Shown here: positions 47,408 to 56,693 of the stretch, piece by piece | How the letters are laid out: each line of letters starts with the position of its first letter | Numbering within the stretch: position 1 is the first letter of the stretch | IMG/VR virus record: IMGVR_UViG_2875473743_000002 | Location: 12,292 to 76,291 of that record | Length of the DNA: 64,000 nucleotides | Strand: one strand, 5' to 3' | Origin: a virus | Notes under the pieces: generated by a model | Seen by the model: the letters and a program-made list of their open reading frames with translations, nothing else | What the model was told of the DNA's origin: nothing | The model's database searches: none | Program-made: the position numbers and the translations under genes

Positions 47408-49456
47408 ATGCCGAATTACCCTTATAAAAAAGCAGGCAATGCTTTCGATCGTGATTTTAGAAACAGCTACAATGACAATCTAGTGGATATTGCGGAAGAC
47501 ATTAGTGGATCATACAATGGATTAAAATCTCATATTAAAGGTCAGGCATCCCATACGTCCGATCAAATAAGCCACCTTGACGGGTTAACAGTCTCAGATG
47601 AGATTGAGAAAACGAAAAAACGGATCAATAACCTAATTTTAAACGCGGACGGAACAAATATAAAAGAGGTTGTAGACCTCCGAGTGAATAATAAAGGGGA
47701 AGTTTTCGATACAGCCAACGATCGATTATTCAATACAGAAAGTAGAATTGATAACCTTTATGGGGAGCAAGTAAAAAGAGATCGAAAGTTCGAGGAGTAC
47801 CTTAATTATCAAAAAATTATATTCTCTGTTTTGGCCAGGGATAACTCTCTGCCATTCCCACAAGCCATTTCTATAAATCAAGAAGACGATGAGTTGTATA
47901 TTGCAAGGCAAGAAAACGGTGGTAGTGTTTGTATCATTTCGCGCTATGAACTATCTACATCAGCTCTGAAGGATTCCCAACAATTTACGATCACAAGTTC
48001 AACGTATAACGAGGGTATTCCTTGGTTTAAGAACTCAGAAGGGGAATTGTGCTTTCTTGTGAGGCAGCAGTTTGAAAATGAGCTTTCTATCTTTAACTAT
48101 ACCACTGGGGAAATAGAAGAAACGATGGAAGTTCTCGGATCATATAAGACGGGAAATGATATCGATAAAAAATACTTCGTTTCCGGAAACTCAACGAATG
48201 AGAGAATGGACCGGATATACATTTATGATTTTCAAAGTATTATCGCAGGAAGTCCTAGATTGCTAATGGAGGTCTCAGTAAACAACCAAGAGATTATGTT
48301 TGAAAAGGTACAAGGGATTACTTTCCATGATAATAAAATTGTCTTAGGACAAGGAAAAGATTACCCTGCGATTACCGTCCTTAATCTAGACGGAAGCATT
48401 GCTAAGTCGTATTCATTCTCGAAAGAGTCATTCGCTGACTTAATTGAGCAGAACTACGATTTTGACAGAGTCAATTACGCCTTCGAAAATGAGGGTGTTT
48501 GTATGTTTAATTATGATGGATACGTTATTCCGGCTCTGATGCAAATAGCGGTTGAAAGAAGCGGTAGGGAACTGGTATTTGTGACGTTAGCTGGAGCGCA
48601 AGACGGAAAGCTAATCGAGACTGCTCCGCGACCGCGGCCGAATATCACAGATATAACGTACGATAAAGTCGCATTGCATATGCCGAACAGGAACTTCGTA
48701 ACTAACGGAGCCTTCGACGTATGGCAGCGTGGAACTAGTTTTACTGATGATGGTGTATTCACTGCTGACAGGTGGCTCGTTAATGCTGTTGGTACCAATG
48801 AGAGCGGGATCAATCGGACTGAAAGAGTGAAAAAGCCGATGAGTGCTCCTTTTTCTAATAAGTATGGTTTAAGAATAACGAAATTGAAAAATGTTCCGGA
48901 TCTCTCGAGAACTGATTTAATACAGCGAATAGAAAATCCGACTCAATTTAGAAGCGGTGAGGAGTACACCTTGGCTTTATGGGCAAGAACCAATAAATCC
49001 TCACATAGAATCAAACTCCATCTCGATTTAGCGCACGATGGAAAACACGATAATCTTGCGGTTAGATCTTGCCAAGTGACAAGTCGATTCACATTCTTTG
49101 TGTTGAATATAAAGATGCCCGATATGTCCTCATATAAATTTTTGGAAGAAGATTACGTAGAGGTCCAAGTTGATGTTGAAACAGCAGGCAGCTCATCATA
49201 CGATAGTTTGGCTCCTGGTGAATGGGTAGAATTTTATCTCGTCAAATTAGAAAAAGGAAGATTTGCTACGCCATATGTCGCACGTCCTCTAACTGAAGAA
49301 ATAGCCGAGTGTCAAAGATATTACCAAGTCCTCAGCACCGGCTCTGTAAAGCAAGTTGATCTTAGGCCGATGATGCGTAAAGCGCCAACAGTTACACAAA
49401 GATCTGACGGGAATTACGGGTACGATGCGGAGCTACCTGAAACTCCAACATACTAA
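47408..49456 (+). CDS. Receptor-binding protein (beta-propeller plus C-terminal carbohydrate-binding-like domain)
   Basis: EVVDLR linker, FPQAISIN..DDELYI propeller-like start, RNFVTNGAFDVWQRGTSF domain. Confidence 0.65.
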   Translation: MPNYPYKKAGNAFDRDFRNSYNDNLVDIAEDISGSYNGLKSHIKGQASHTSDQISHLDGLTVSDEIEKTKKRINNLILNADGTNIKEVVDLRVNNKGEVFDTANDRLFNTESRIDNLYGEQVKRDRKFEEYLNYQKIIFSVLARDNSLPFPQAISINQEDDELYIARQENGGSVCIISRYELSTSALKDSQQFTITSSTYNEGIPWFKNSEGELCFLVRQQFENELSIFNYTTGEIEETMEVLGSYKTGNDIDKKYFVSGNSTNERMDRIYIYDFQSIIAGSPRLLMEVSVNNQEIMFEKVQGITFHDNKIVLGQGKDYPAITVLNLDGSIAKSYSFSKESFADLIEQNYDFDRVNYAFENEGVCMFNYDGYVIPALMQIAVERSGRELVFVTLAGAQDGKLIETAPRPRPNITDITYDKVALHMPNRNFVTNGAFDVWQRGTSFTDDGVFTADRWLVNAVGTNESGINRTERVKKPMSAPFSNKYGLRITKLKNVPDLSRTDLIQRIENPTQFRSGEEYTLALWARTNKSSHRIKLHLDLAHDGKHDNLAVRSCQVTSRFTFFVLNIKMPDMSSYKFLEEDYVEVQVDVETAGSSSYDSLAPGEWVEFYLVKLEKGRFATPYVARPLTEEIAECQRYYQVLSTGSVKQVDLRPMMRKAPTVTQRSDGNYGYDAELPETPTY

Positions 49457-49476
49457 AAGAAAGGGAGGTAATACTG

Positions 49477-50700
49477 TTGGCTATTTATAAAACCGGCTCT
49501 TACACGTTTGATATAAACCCGATAACAGAAGGAAATTATAATTCAGCTTTTATATTTTCGACGCAAGATATTAATACGGCAAAGTTGATATTTTATTTAC
49601 GCAAGGACGGCATCCCTTTGCCCCTATCAGCTGTGACCGGGAAAGTAATCCTCGTTCCGCCAAGCGGCAAGCAAAGAATACGGGACGTCACGATAGTCGA
49701 TCCGTTGAATGGTGTCGCAGAGTACGTATTGGATGAGGACGAAATCAAAATGTACGGTAAATTCAACTGCCAGCTAATTTTGAAATACACGAACGGCCAA
49801 TCACTCTCTGCGCATAAATTCGGCTTTGAGGTATCGCAAAGTCTTGTTGACCAGAATATCGCACCTCTTGCGGAATATTACGTCGATGATTTCGAATCGT
49901 TAAAGGCGTTAATCATAGCGATGTATGACGAAGAAACAGTAATGCTTGACGAGTTAAAAGCGAAGTTCTCGGACCTCGGACGGATTGAGACGAAAGAGGG
50001 CGCGCAGGAAAAGGCAGATGCTGCGGAAGCTCATGCAAAGGCCTATACGGATGCACACGCAGCCAAGACGAACAATCCGCACAAGGTAACAAAAGCTCAA
50101 GTCGGCCTGTCCAACGTCGATAACGTCAAGCAAGCATCGAAAACAGAGTTTGATAGCCACGTCAATGACACGAGTAACCCGCACGATGTGACAAAAGCGC
50201 AAATTGGTTTATCGAATGTAGATGACGTGCAGCAGGCGAGTAAGATAGAATTTGATGCGCATGACGACGATACTACACGGCATATCACGGCTGATGAGCG
50301 CATTGCCTGGAACGCTAAAGAAACAACGAATGGCGCGCAAGAAAAAGCGGATAAGGCACTGGCCGACGCCAAGACGTACGTATCTAACTTTTCGTGGGTT
50401 GTTGCGACTATGCAGAACGGGTGGGCTCACTACAACGGTGGCGAAGATGTGGTCTTCGGGATAGACGCGACAAAGACGGTATATGTGCGGGGTGCTGCGA
50501 AAGGCGGCGTTACTGGAACGACAGTTTTCACACTTCCGGAAAACATGCGTCCGATTCGCGATATGGGTTGCATCCAAATAGCGTCGGGTACCGCGCAGGT
50601 GGCTAGGTTGCTCTTTAGGGCGACTGGTGAAGTAGTAGTTGAGAACGTATCAAGCAATACAAATTATATTCGATTTGATTTTTCATTTAAAGCTCTATAG
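49477..50700 (+). CDS. Baseplate upper protein (BppU-like) / tail fibre
   Basis: FSTQDINTAKLIF N-terminus; NPH.VTKAQ.GLSNVD repeats. Confidence 0.8.
   Translation: MAIYKTGSYTFDINPITEGNYNSAFIFSTQDINTAKLIFYLRKDGIPLPLSAVTGKVILVPPSGKQRIRDVTIVDPLNGVAEYVLDEDEIKMYGKFNCQLILKYTNGQSLSAHKFGFEVSQSLVDQNIAPLAEYYVDDFESLKALIIAMYDEETVMLDELKAKFSDLGRIETKEGAQEKADAAEAHAKAYTDAHAAKTNNPHKVTKAQVGLSNVDNVKQASKTEFDSHVNDTSNPHDVTKAQIGLSNVDDVQQASKIEFDAHDDDTTRHITADERIAWNAKETTNGAQEKADKALADAKTYVSNFSWVVATMQNGWAHYNGGEDVVFGIDATKTVYVRGAAKGGVTGTTVFTLPENMRPIRDMGCIQIASGTAQVARLLFRATGEVVVENVSSNTNYIRFDFSFKAL
50074..50277 (+). repeat. Two 34-aa (102-bp) tandem repeats in BppU
   Basis: NPHKVTKAQVGLSNVDNVKQASK / NPHDVTKAQIGLSNVDDVQQASK. 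Confidence 0.85.
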
Positions 50701-50715
50701 AGGGGGCGACGATCT

Positions 50716-51009
50716 GTGAAACTTATCTATAAATACGACAGCAAAATGAATTATGTGCCGTCTGAAAATAAGATCATCAATGACGGAGAGGATATTCCGA
50801 AAGGCTACACGGATATCCCTCCGGTTAATCCCGTCGGTGCCGGTATGTATAAACCTGTATTCGATAAAGACAAATCAGAGTGGCGAGAAACGGCCACGCA
50901 AGAGTATATCGATAGTCTCCAACCGCCTGATCCCGGACCGTCAGAAATGGAAGTTCTCCGGAAACAAGTGGCGGATTTATACTACTTAATCGCGTTAGGA
51001 GGTTCGTAA
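50716..51009 (+). CDS. Tail-fibre-associated small protein
   Basis: YTDIPP...YKPVFD...W.E pattern; position. Confidence 0.65.
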   Translation: MKLIYKYDSKMNYVPSENKIINDGEDIPKGYTDIPPVNPVGAGMYKPVFDKDKSEWRETATQEYIDSLQPPDPGPSEMEVLRKQVADLYYLIALGGS

Positions 51010-51204
51010 ATGCCAATCGATTGGTACACGTATATTAAAGGGTTCTATGAAGACGGTCTTTGGACGAAAAAGCAAGTGCATGACGTTGTGGCTGCCGGAC
51101 GGATCACGCCGGAACAATACGAGGAAATTACCGGAGATCCTTACGATCCTGATTCGCCGCCAAACGAAGACGAGAACGTAACTAATAGCGAACAGGAGGC
51201 GTAG
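51010..51204 (+). CDS. XkdX-family protein
   Basis: WYTYIK.FY...V.AGRIT.EQYEEITG. Confidence 0.85.
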   Translation: MPIDWYTYIKGFYEDGLWTKKQVHDVVAAGRITPEQYEEITGDPYDPDSPPNEDENVTNSEQEA

Positions 51205-51207
51205 TCA

Positions 51208-51411
51208 TTGGGCGAGCTGGACGTAATCAAATATTTTTTAACGCAAGGGCCGTTCGCGGTCCTTTTTACGTGGCTGCTAATTTACGTCATGAAATCGAAT
51301 CGTGAACGTGAATCGCGGCTACAGGATCTACTCGATAAATTCAGCGATAAATACGACGTCATTATCGACAAGCTCGATAGGCTCGAAGAGAAGTTTCGCG
51401 GAAGAGAATAA
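51208..51411 (+). CDS. BhlA/UviB-family holin-like protein
   Basis: TQGPFAVLFTWLL.YV.K....RE.RL. Confidence 0.85.
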   Translation: MGELDVIKYFLTQGPFAVLFTWLLIYVMKSNRERESRLQDLLDKFSDKYDVIIDKLDRLEEKFRGRE

Positions 51412-51480
51412 CACGCCCGTTCGGTGAGAGTCCGGCGGGCTTTTTATATACGCAAAATTAACGAAAAGGGAGACGATTAA

Positions 51481-52473
51481 ATGGCGATTTCAGTTACGAA
51501 AAACCTCGTCGCGTCAAGTAAGTATTCCGTTAAGTGTCCGTATTCAATGGATGCGAAGTATATCACGTTCCACAATACGGCGAACGACGCTTCAGCAGCG
51601 AATGAAATTGCGTACATGATCCGCAATAACAACCAAGTATCGTATCACTTTGCGGTAGACGATAAAGAGGTCGTTCAGGGACTTCCGACGAACCGGAACG
51701 CCTGGCATTGCGGAGACGGAAACGGACCAGGCAACCGTTCATCTATCGGTGTTGAGGTTTGCTATTCGAAATCAGGCGGCGCTAAGTATAAAGCGGCCGA
51801 AAAACTTGCGATTAAATTCATTGCTCAGCTATTAAAAGAGCGCGGCTGGGGCGTTGATCGCGTTAAGAAACATCAGGATTGGAGCGGAAAATACTGCCCG
51901 CACCGTGTACTCGATGAGGGACGTTGGGATGCGGTGAAAGCGGCCATCGCTGCGGAATTGAAGGCGCTCGGAGGAAAGTCGTCTAGTTCAGCGTCTAAGC
52001 CATCCGGCGCAACTTACACCGTTAAGAAAGGCGACACGCTTTCCGCTATTGCTAAAGCGAACGGAGTAAGCGTGGCGAACCTTCAGAGCTGGAACAACAT
52101 CAAGGACCCGAATAAAATTTCCGTTGGTCAGGTGCTGAAGCTTAAAGGGGCGTCTTCGCCGGCTGCGGCTCCGAAACCGTCCGGATCATCTAAAAAGACG
52201 TTCACGCTACCGGGCGGAGTCCTTAAAGTAACGAGCCCACTGACGAAAGGGACGAAGGTAACGCAAGTTCAGACCGCGCTTGCTTCCGTTTACTTCTACC
52301 CGGACAAAGGCGCCAAGAATAACGGAATCGACGGTTATTACGGTCCGAAAACGGCGGACGCGGTCAAACGGTTCCAGTCGATGTATGGATTGAGCCAGGA
52401 CGGAATTTACGGACCTAATACGAAAGCTAAACTCGCTGCTGCGTTGAAAAAAGCCGGCTATACCGTAAACTAA
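51481..52473 (+). CDS. Endolysin: amidase_2 + LysM + PG-binding domain (XlyA/B-like)
   Basis: [44 protein letters not shown]. Confidence 0.95.
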   Translation: MAISVTKNLVASSKYSVKCPYSMDAKYITFHNTANDASAANEIAYMIRNNNQVSYHFAVDDKEVVQGLPTNRNAWHCGDGNGPGNRSSIGVEVCYSKSGGAKYKAAEKLAIKFIAQLLKERGWGVDRVKKHQDWSGKYCPHRVLDEGRWDAVKAAIAAELKALGGKSSSSASKPSGATYTVKKGDTLSAIAKANGVSVANLQSWNNIKDPNKISVGQVLKLKGASSPAAAPKPSGSSKKTFTLPGGVLKVTSPLTKGTKVTQVQTALASVYFYPDKGAKNNGIDGYYGPKTADAVKRFQSMYGLSQDGIYGPNTKAKLAAALKKAGYTVN

Positions 52474-52493
52474 TCGAAAAGGGAGACGATATT

Positions 52494-52724
52494 ATGAACG
52501 TAAAGACAATCGAAAATATTAGCGCGGGTACAGTCGCCCGGTTCGTACTACTTGCGCTGGCACTCGTTAACCAGACGCTTACAATGACGGGGCACAGTCC
52601 GATTCCGGTCGATGAGGAAGGCGTGCAGCAATTTATTTCGCTCGCGTTCATGGGCGTTACTTCGCTGTGGGCGTACTGGAAAAATAACGACGTGACGAAG
52701 AAAGCGCGGACAAAAGGCGAATAG
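52494..52724 (+). CDS. SPP1-family holin
   Basis: GTVARFVLL.LALVNQ...WAYWKNNDVT. Confidence 0.9.
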   Translation: MNVKTIENISAGTVARFVLLALALVNQTLTMTGHSPIPVDEEGVQQFISLAFMGVTSLWAYWKNNDVTKKARTKGE

Positions 52725-52860
52725 ATAGCGGAACTTTTGGCGGGCGCCGATAAGCGACCGCCTTTAATTTAGTCAATGGGGTGCCCATAGTCGTTAGTAC
52801 ATAAATTACTCTGTTTTGAAATGGAAGAGGGGAGGAAATAAATTAATAAGGGGAAAAGTA

Positions 52861-52910
52861 TTGATTTATCCTTGTGCGATAGTTAAAATTAGGTAAACCC
52901 TTAGGGTTTA
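52861..52910 (+). promoter_or_regulatory. SigA promoter with downstream palindromic operator
   Basis: TTGATT-17-TAAAAT (52861-52889); TAAACCCT-T-AGGGTTTA (52894-52910). Confidence 0.6.
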
Positions 52911-52966
52911 ATAACTGGTCTTTTCCCTATACTGATGTAATAGGTTAGTGTAAGGGAGGACATAAT

Positions 52967-53236
52967 ATGAACAAAGACGAAAGAAGAAAAAATCAGACAA
53001 GAGAAAACGAGAGAAGCGACGAAAAAAGACGAAACAAAAAGATAAGAGAAGACAAAGGGAGGCAAGAGAACATGTTCTCTAACACATTGCCTAAGCGGAG
53101 GTCAGTAAAAAAACCTAGATTAACGAAAAATAAATTTGCGAACTTGACTAAGGATGATTGGAAAGAGACAAACGAACAATCAAAAAAAGATCGAGGGATT
53201 TCAGGTTTGACTTACCGAGATATTTATGGGAGGTAA
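52967..53236 (+). CDS. Highly charged 89-aa protein, candidate antitoxin
   Basis: SD GGGAGG; directly upstream of the PemK-like gene. Confidence 0.6.
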   Translation: MNKDERRKNQTRENERSDEKRRNKKIREDKGRQENMFSNTLPKRRSVKKPRLTKNKFANLTKDDWKETNEQSKKDRGISGLTYRDIYGR

Positions 53237-53243
53237 TTTAGCT

Positions 53244-53804
53244 TTGTCGGATTTTCGGTCAAAAGAAAGCTGGGGAAATATAGAAAGGGGCACTGAATTT
53301 GAAGCGGCATTCATGTTTCCGAGTGATTCAAAAAGACCCCTTTCGTTTTTTATTCCGGAAAAATCGAATCCTCAAAAGGGGAGATTAGTAAATAAAGACG
53401 GGGATTTTAGTCCTCGATTAATAGATGGAAGGCTAAGAGCGCAAGTTCAACAAATAGTAGTTTCATTGAAACCTAGAAGAGTTGTGGTAATTTCATCAGA
53501 TGACATAAACCAAAATGATGAATTTGAGTATATTTTAGTTGCCCCAATTAACACCATAAAAGAACAAGAAAGAAATAAAGATTGGTATTCAATTTTAAAA
53601 GACGATGAGCACCCAATCTATACGTATATTCCTAACGAGAAGTTTGAAAGATATGTTGATCTTAGCCAAACTGCTAGCATACATAAGAGTTTATTGTTAA
53701 AGAAGTACAATAAAGTAGACCAAGAAAGATGGTGTGTCTTAGAAGAAAATTTATTGCATTGTCTATCTCTAGGGATCTTTGAGGGTGATGCTCCAGGTGA
53801 TTAA
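53244..53804 (+). CDS. PemK/MazF-like endoribonuclease
   Basis: IERGTEF.A, KPRRVVVISSDDIN, ILVAPINT, VDLSQTASIHKSLL. Confidence 0.7.
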   Translation: MSDFRSKESWGNIERGTEFEAAFMFPSDSKRPLSFFIPEKSNPQKGRLVNKDGDFSPRLIDGRLRAQVQQIVVSLKPRRVVVISSDDINQNDEFEYILVAPINTIKEQERNKDWYSILKDDEHPIYTYIPNEKFERYVDLSQTASIHKSLLLKKYNKVDQERWCVLEENLLHCLSLGIFEGDAPGD

Positions 53805-54013
53805 TGATTGTAAAGCAGGAAATAACTGCCGAATATTGGGCTAAAGAAATTATTGAAGAGCATATAATGTTGAGGTCAACGCGTTAAATTCCTTAAACCG
53901 ACCCGTCCTCCGTCTGGTGGGGCGCTTTTTTGTGTGATCGCAAAAAGATTGCCGACATCTTGGCGTAGGCTCTTCGAGTTCGGCGTGAAACGCGAAGAAA
54001 CGACTAAGTAAGC

Positions 54014-54040
54014 GGAACTTTTTGCGGACGCCTGCGTATA
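54014..54040 (+). promoter_or_regulatory. ECF-sigma-type promoter
   Basis: GGAAC(54014-54018)-16 bp-CGTATA(54035-54040). Confidence 0.5.
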
Positions 54041-54098
54041 ATTCGTAGGTGCTCGCATACATAAATCAGCTATAATATAAATAACGGAGGTTGATCGA

Positions 54099-54416
54099 AT
54101 GGATTTCGTACGTGTAGAAGTACTGAAGAGGCGGATGTCGGTTGGGCGTATAATTCCTCGCGTTCTTTCAGGCCTAATTGGATTGTTCTTGTTGTTGATC
54201 AGCATAATATTGTTCGTTACTATTATCGGTATACTGCCAGGAATAGGTTTAGGCGGCATCGGACTCCTCTTCTTAGTCGGAGCATTTACGGGCAGTGAGC
54301 AGTTCGAATGCCCTCGTTGCGGATTCAAAAAGAATATTATTCTATACGGAAAACATAACGCAAGCTGTCGAAAATGTAAACAAAACATAGCGATAGACTG
54401 GATAAAGGATAAATAA
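54099..54416 (+). CDS. Membrane protein with C-terminal zinc ribbon
   Basis: Hydrophobic hairpin; CPRC...CRKC. Confidence 0.75.
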   Translation: MDFVRVEVLKRRMSVGRIIPRVLSGLIGLFLLLISIILFVTIIGILPGIGLGGIGLLFLVGAFTGSEQFECPRCGFKKNIILYGKHNASCRKCKQNIAIDWIKDK

Positions 54417-54447
54417 AAACTCTACCCTTATCCGGTAGAGTTTTTTT
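54415..54447. terminator. Bidirectional intrinsic terminator
   Basis: AAAAACTCTACC-loop-GGTAGAGTTTTTT. Confidence 0.8.
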
Positions 54448-54453
54448 CTTTCT

Positions 54454-54720
54454 TTAATATATCTCATTTTCGCCGATTTTATCGGCTGCTACATACACCA
54501 TTTCATCCTTATGCAGAATACTTCCTTTATACGAAGGTGACCCAAGAACGCTTTCTTTCTCTGTTTCACCATACAATTTAATGTTATAGACATCAGAGCT
54601 ATGATTTTCTGTGGTGTTGAAATAAAGGTATAGTTCGTCTCTCTCGCTTTGTAGAGAAACTAATTCGCTACCAGACGGAACTACGATTACATCACTGTAT
54701 TTTTGTTTAATAATAGACAT
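54454..54720 (-). CDS. Hypothetical protein co-oriented with the glycosyltransferase
   Basis: SD GAGGAG; 88 aa. Confidence 0.65.
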   Translation of the reverse strand: MSIIKQKYSDVIVVPSGSELVSLQSERDELYLYFNTTENHSSDVYNIKLYGETEKESVLGSPSYKGSILHKDEMVYVAADKIGENEIY

Positions 54721-54740
54721 TTTATTCTCTCCTCGCGTTG

Positions 54741-56255
54741 TTACTTCGAAAGTTGTTTAAACAGGCCTAACCAATTCTTCTTATAACGAGCATAACTAAA
54801 CCGCTTGTACACATCCAATGAATTTTTCGCGAACTTTTTCTGTTTCTTGCTGTCCAACATTAATTCAATTACTTTTTCCGCAACTTCTTCGTAGTTATTG
54901 TATTCTGTTAGGTATCCGTCTTTTCCGTCTCTGATAAGTGTTTCCGGTCCGTACTTCGTCCGGTAACTAACTACTGGCGTTTGGTTGGCTAGACTCTCCA
55001 TGATCACTAGACAAAAGCCTTCAAAACGGGACGTCATAATAGACAATCCATGTTTTTGGATTTCTCTATTAACGTTATGGGTGAACCCGTGAATATAAAC
55101 ATTGTTTTCGAGTTTTAACTCCTTTATTAACGCTTGTAAATTTTCTTTCTCTTTTCCATAACCAAAGATGTGATACTCGGCTTCTTTAATAGTATCGACT
55201 ACAATACGGAAAGCTCGAATTCCGTCCGCGATATTTTTGCTGTCCTCCAAGCGAGCTAGTGTTATGGCTGATTTAGGATTTCGCTCAATTGATTCATCTA
55301 GTATTTCATCTTTGTCCAATGTGACCGCATGAGGAACTACAACAAATCGTTTATCCTTACCGTAGTCTTCCTCGACATCCCTTTTTTGTTCTTCAGTTAA
55401 GAAAACAATCGCATCGAATTCATCCCTGTGATCAAATATCTCTTTATACACGCGCCTATATGGAGATCCTTTAACGTGTGGCTTATCAAGATGCGTATTA
55501 TGCAAGGTTACGATTTTATAACAATCGTTGCTCACCTTACGGAAAACATCTAGTAATCCCAATTCATCAAGCATTAAAAACGGATTCGTGTAATCTTTTA
55601 GAACAGACTCAACCCAATAGACGTGCGCATCAGTTATATGATTAAATGCTTTGTTAATTCCAGCGTGAATAACACACTTCGTTCTCTTCCCTGAAGAATT
55701 TACCCAAACAGATAAATAACATTCCTCATTAATATCATAATATTTTTCAAACGCAGGTTTGTTGTTCTGAAGGTTGTATCTAATCTCACGTCTCTTTCTG
55801 CCGTTAAGATCATACTCAACTCTATGGGTACGTTGGAGATTAAGGTCACGATAATCAATGAACTTAAGTCTCATTTCTTCGTCGAATAGTTTGTACTTTA
55901 CATAGTTCCCGTCCTTATCATAGTACCTGTAGCCATTTGTATTAGGGCGTTCATCTATATAGTGAGAAAGCCCATCCTCGACCAACCCAAGCTCAGGAGA
56001 TTTATCCTTATTAGAGATGCGCTCAGGTAAGTTGTAGAAGTGCTCGTGAAAATTGTATACCTTGATATTCTCCGCGAGTCTCCCTCTTTCTTTCATTCTA
56101 GAGATAATGTGTTCGTGGTTATTTTGAAAATTAAGAGTTAGAAACGAGACTTCTCCCCGCTCTGTAGCAACCATATTAGCACGTCTTTCGGTTGCGAGAG
56201 CCATTCCGGATCTAACTTCGTCTAAGAAATCAATAAGTATAAAATTATGATTCAT
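54741..56255 (-). CDS. GT4 glycosyltransferase, TarM/TagE-like wall teichoic acid glycosyltransferase
   Basis: ARLEDSKN and TSRFEGFCLVIMES (EX7E) C-terminal GT-B motifs; TarM-like N-terminus and middle domain. Confidence 0.85.
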   Translation of the reverse strand: MNHNFILIDFLDEVRSGMALATERRANMVATERGEVSFLTLNFQNNHEHIISRMKERGRLAENIKVYNFHEHFYNLPERISNKDKSPELGLVEDGLSHYIDERPNTNGYRYYDKDGNYVKYKLFDEEMRLKFIDYRDLNLQRTHRVEYDLNGRKRREIRYNLQNNKPAFEKYYDINEECYLSVWVNSSGKRTKCVIHAGINKAFNHITDAHVYWVESVLKDYTNPFLMLDELGLLDVFRKVSNDCYKIVTLHNTHLDKPHVKGSPYRRVYKEIFDHRDEFDAIVFLTEEQKRDVEEDYGKDKRFVVVPHAVTLDKDEILDESIERNPKSAITLARLEDSKNIADGIRAFRIVVDTIKEAEYHIFGYGKEKENLQALIKELKLENNVYIHGFTHNVNREIQKHGLSIMTSRFEGFCLVIMESLANQTPVVSYRTKYGPETLIRDGKDGYLTEYNNYEEVAEKVIELMLDSKKQKKFAKNSLDVYKRFSYARYKKNWLGLFKQLSK

Positions 56256-56318
56256 GAAATTCTCCTTAGTAATTTATTACTATTAGTATACATTAAATTC
56301 GAATGCAAGTGTTACTGT

Positions 56319-56534
56319 TTACCTGTCCTTTTCTATTTCGATAATTTCCCGAACATCATCAATCTCAAACGTATTTACAATTCGTTCTAAGTGGTCGATT
56401 GAAACGCGGACAACATGGTTTCGAGAAAGTTGCGAAATTGCGGCTGGTCTGATCCCGACCTTTTCGGCGAATTCACCCTGATTTAGTCCGTAGCGATCCA
56501 TTAGCTTATCGATTCGTAGAACTACTCGTCTCAT
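56319..56534 (-). CDS. XRE-family HTH regulator
   Basis: NQGEFAEKVGIRPAAISQL. Confidence 0.85.
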   Translation of the reverse strand: MRRVVLRIDKLMDRYGLNQGEFAEKVGIRPAAISQLSRNHVVRVSIDHLERIVNTFEIDDVREIIEIEKDR

Positions 56535-56580
56535 CGTTCTGCCTCCAATCGTTTTATTTAATTATAATGCACGAAAGTGT

Positions 56581-56657
56581 TTTCGTAAATACGTAAAAAA
56601 GAAATTTACGCAAAAACGAAAATAATCGTTGACTAGTATTACGCATAAACGTAAAAT
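56581..56657 (+). promoter_or_regulatory. Promoter TTGACT-17-TAAAAT with TTACG-N6-CGTAA operator-like sites
   Basis: Palindrome at 56639-56654 in the spacer; related sites near 56581 and 56605. Confidence 0.6.
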
Positions 56658-56693
56658 ACGTATTAACAAACGATACGTAAAGGCGGAATCATT

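Larger units (their letters stand above)
52727..54032 (+). repeat. 22-bp direct repeats (52727-52748, 54011-54032) bounding the PemK-like cassette
   Basis: AGCGGAACTTTTGGCGGGCGCC vs AGCGGAACTTTTTGCGGACGCC, 20/22 identical. Confidence 0.75.

Noticed and set aside
46930-50700. Diversity-generating retroelement or shufflon in the tail genes
   Set aside because: The paired domains are similar only at protein level; no reverse transcriptase, invertase or near-identical template repeat
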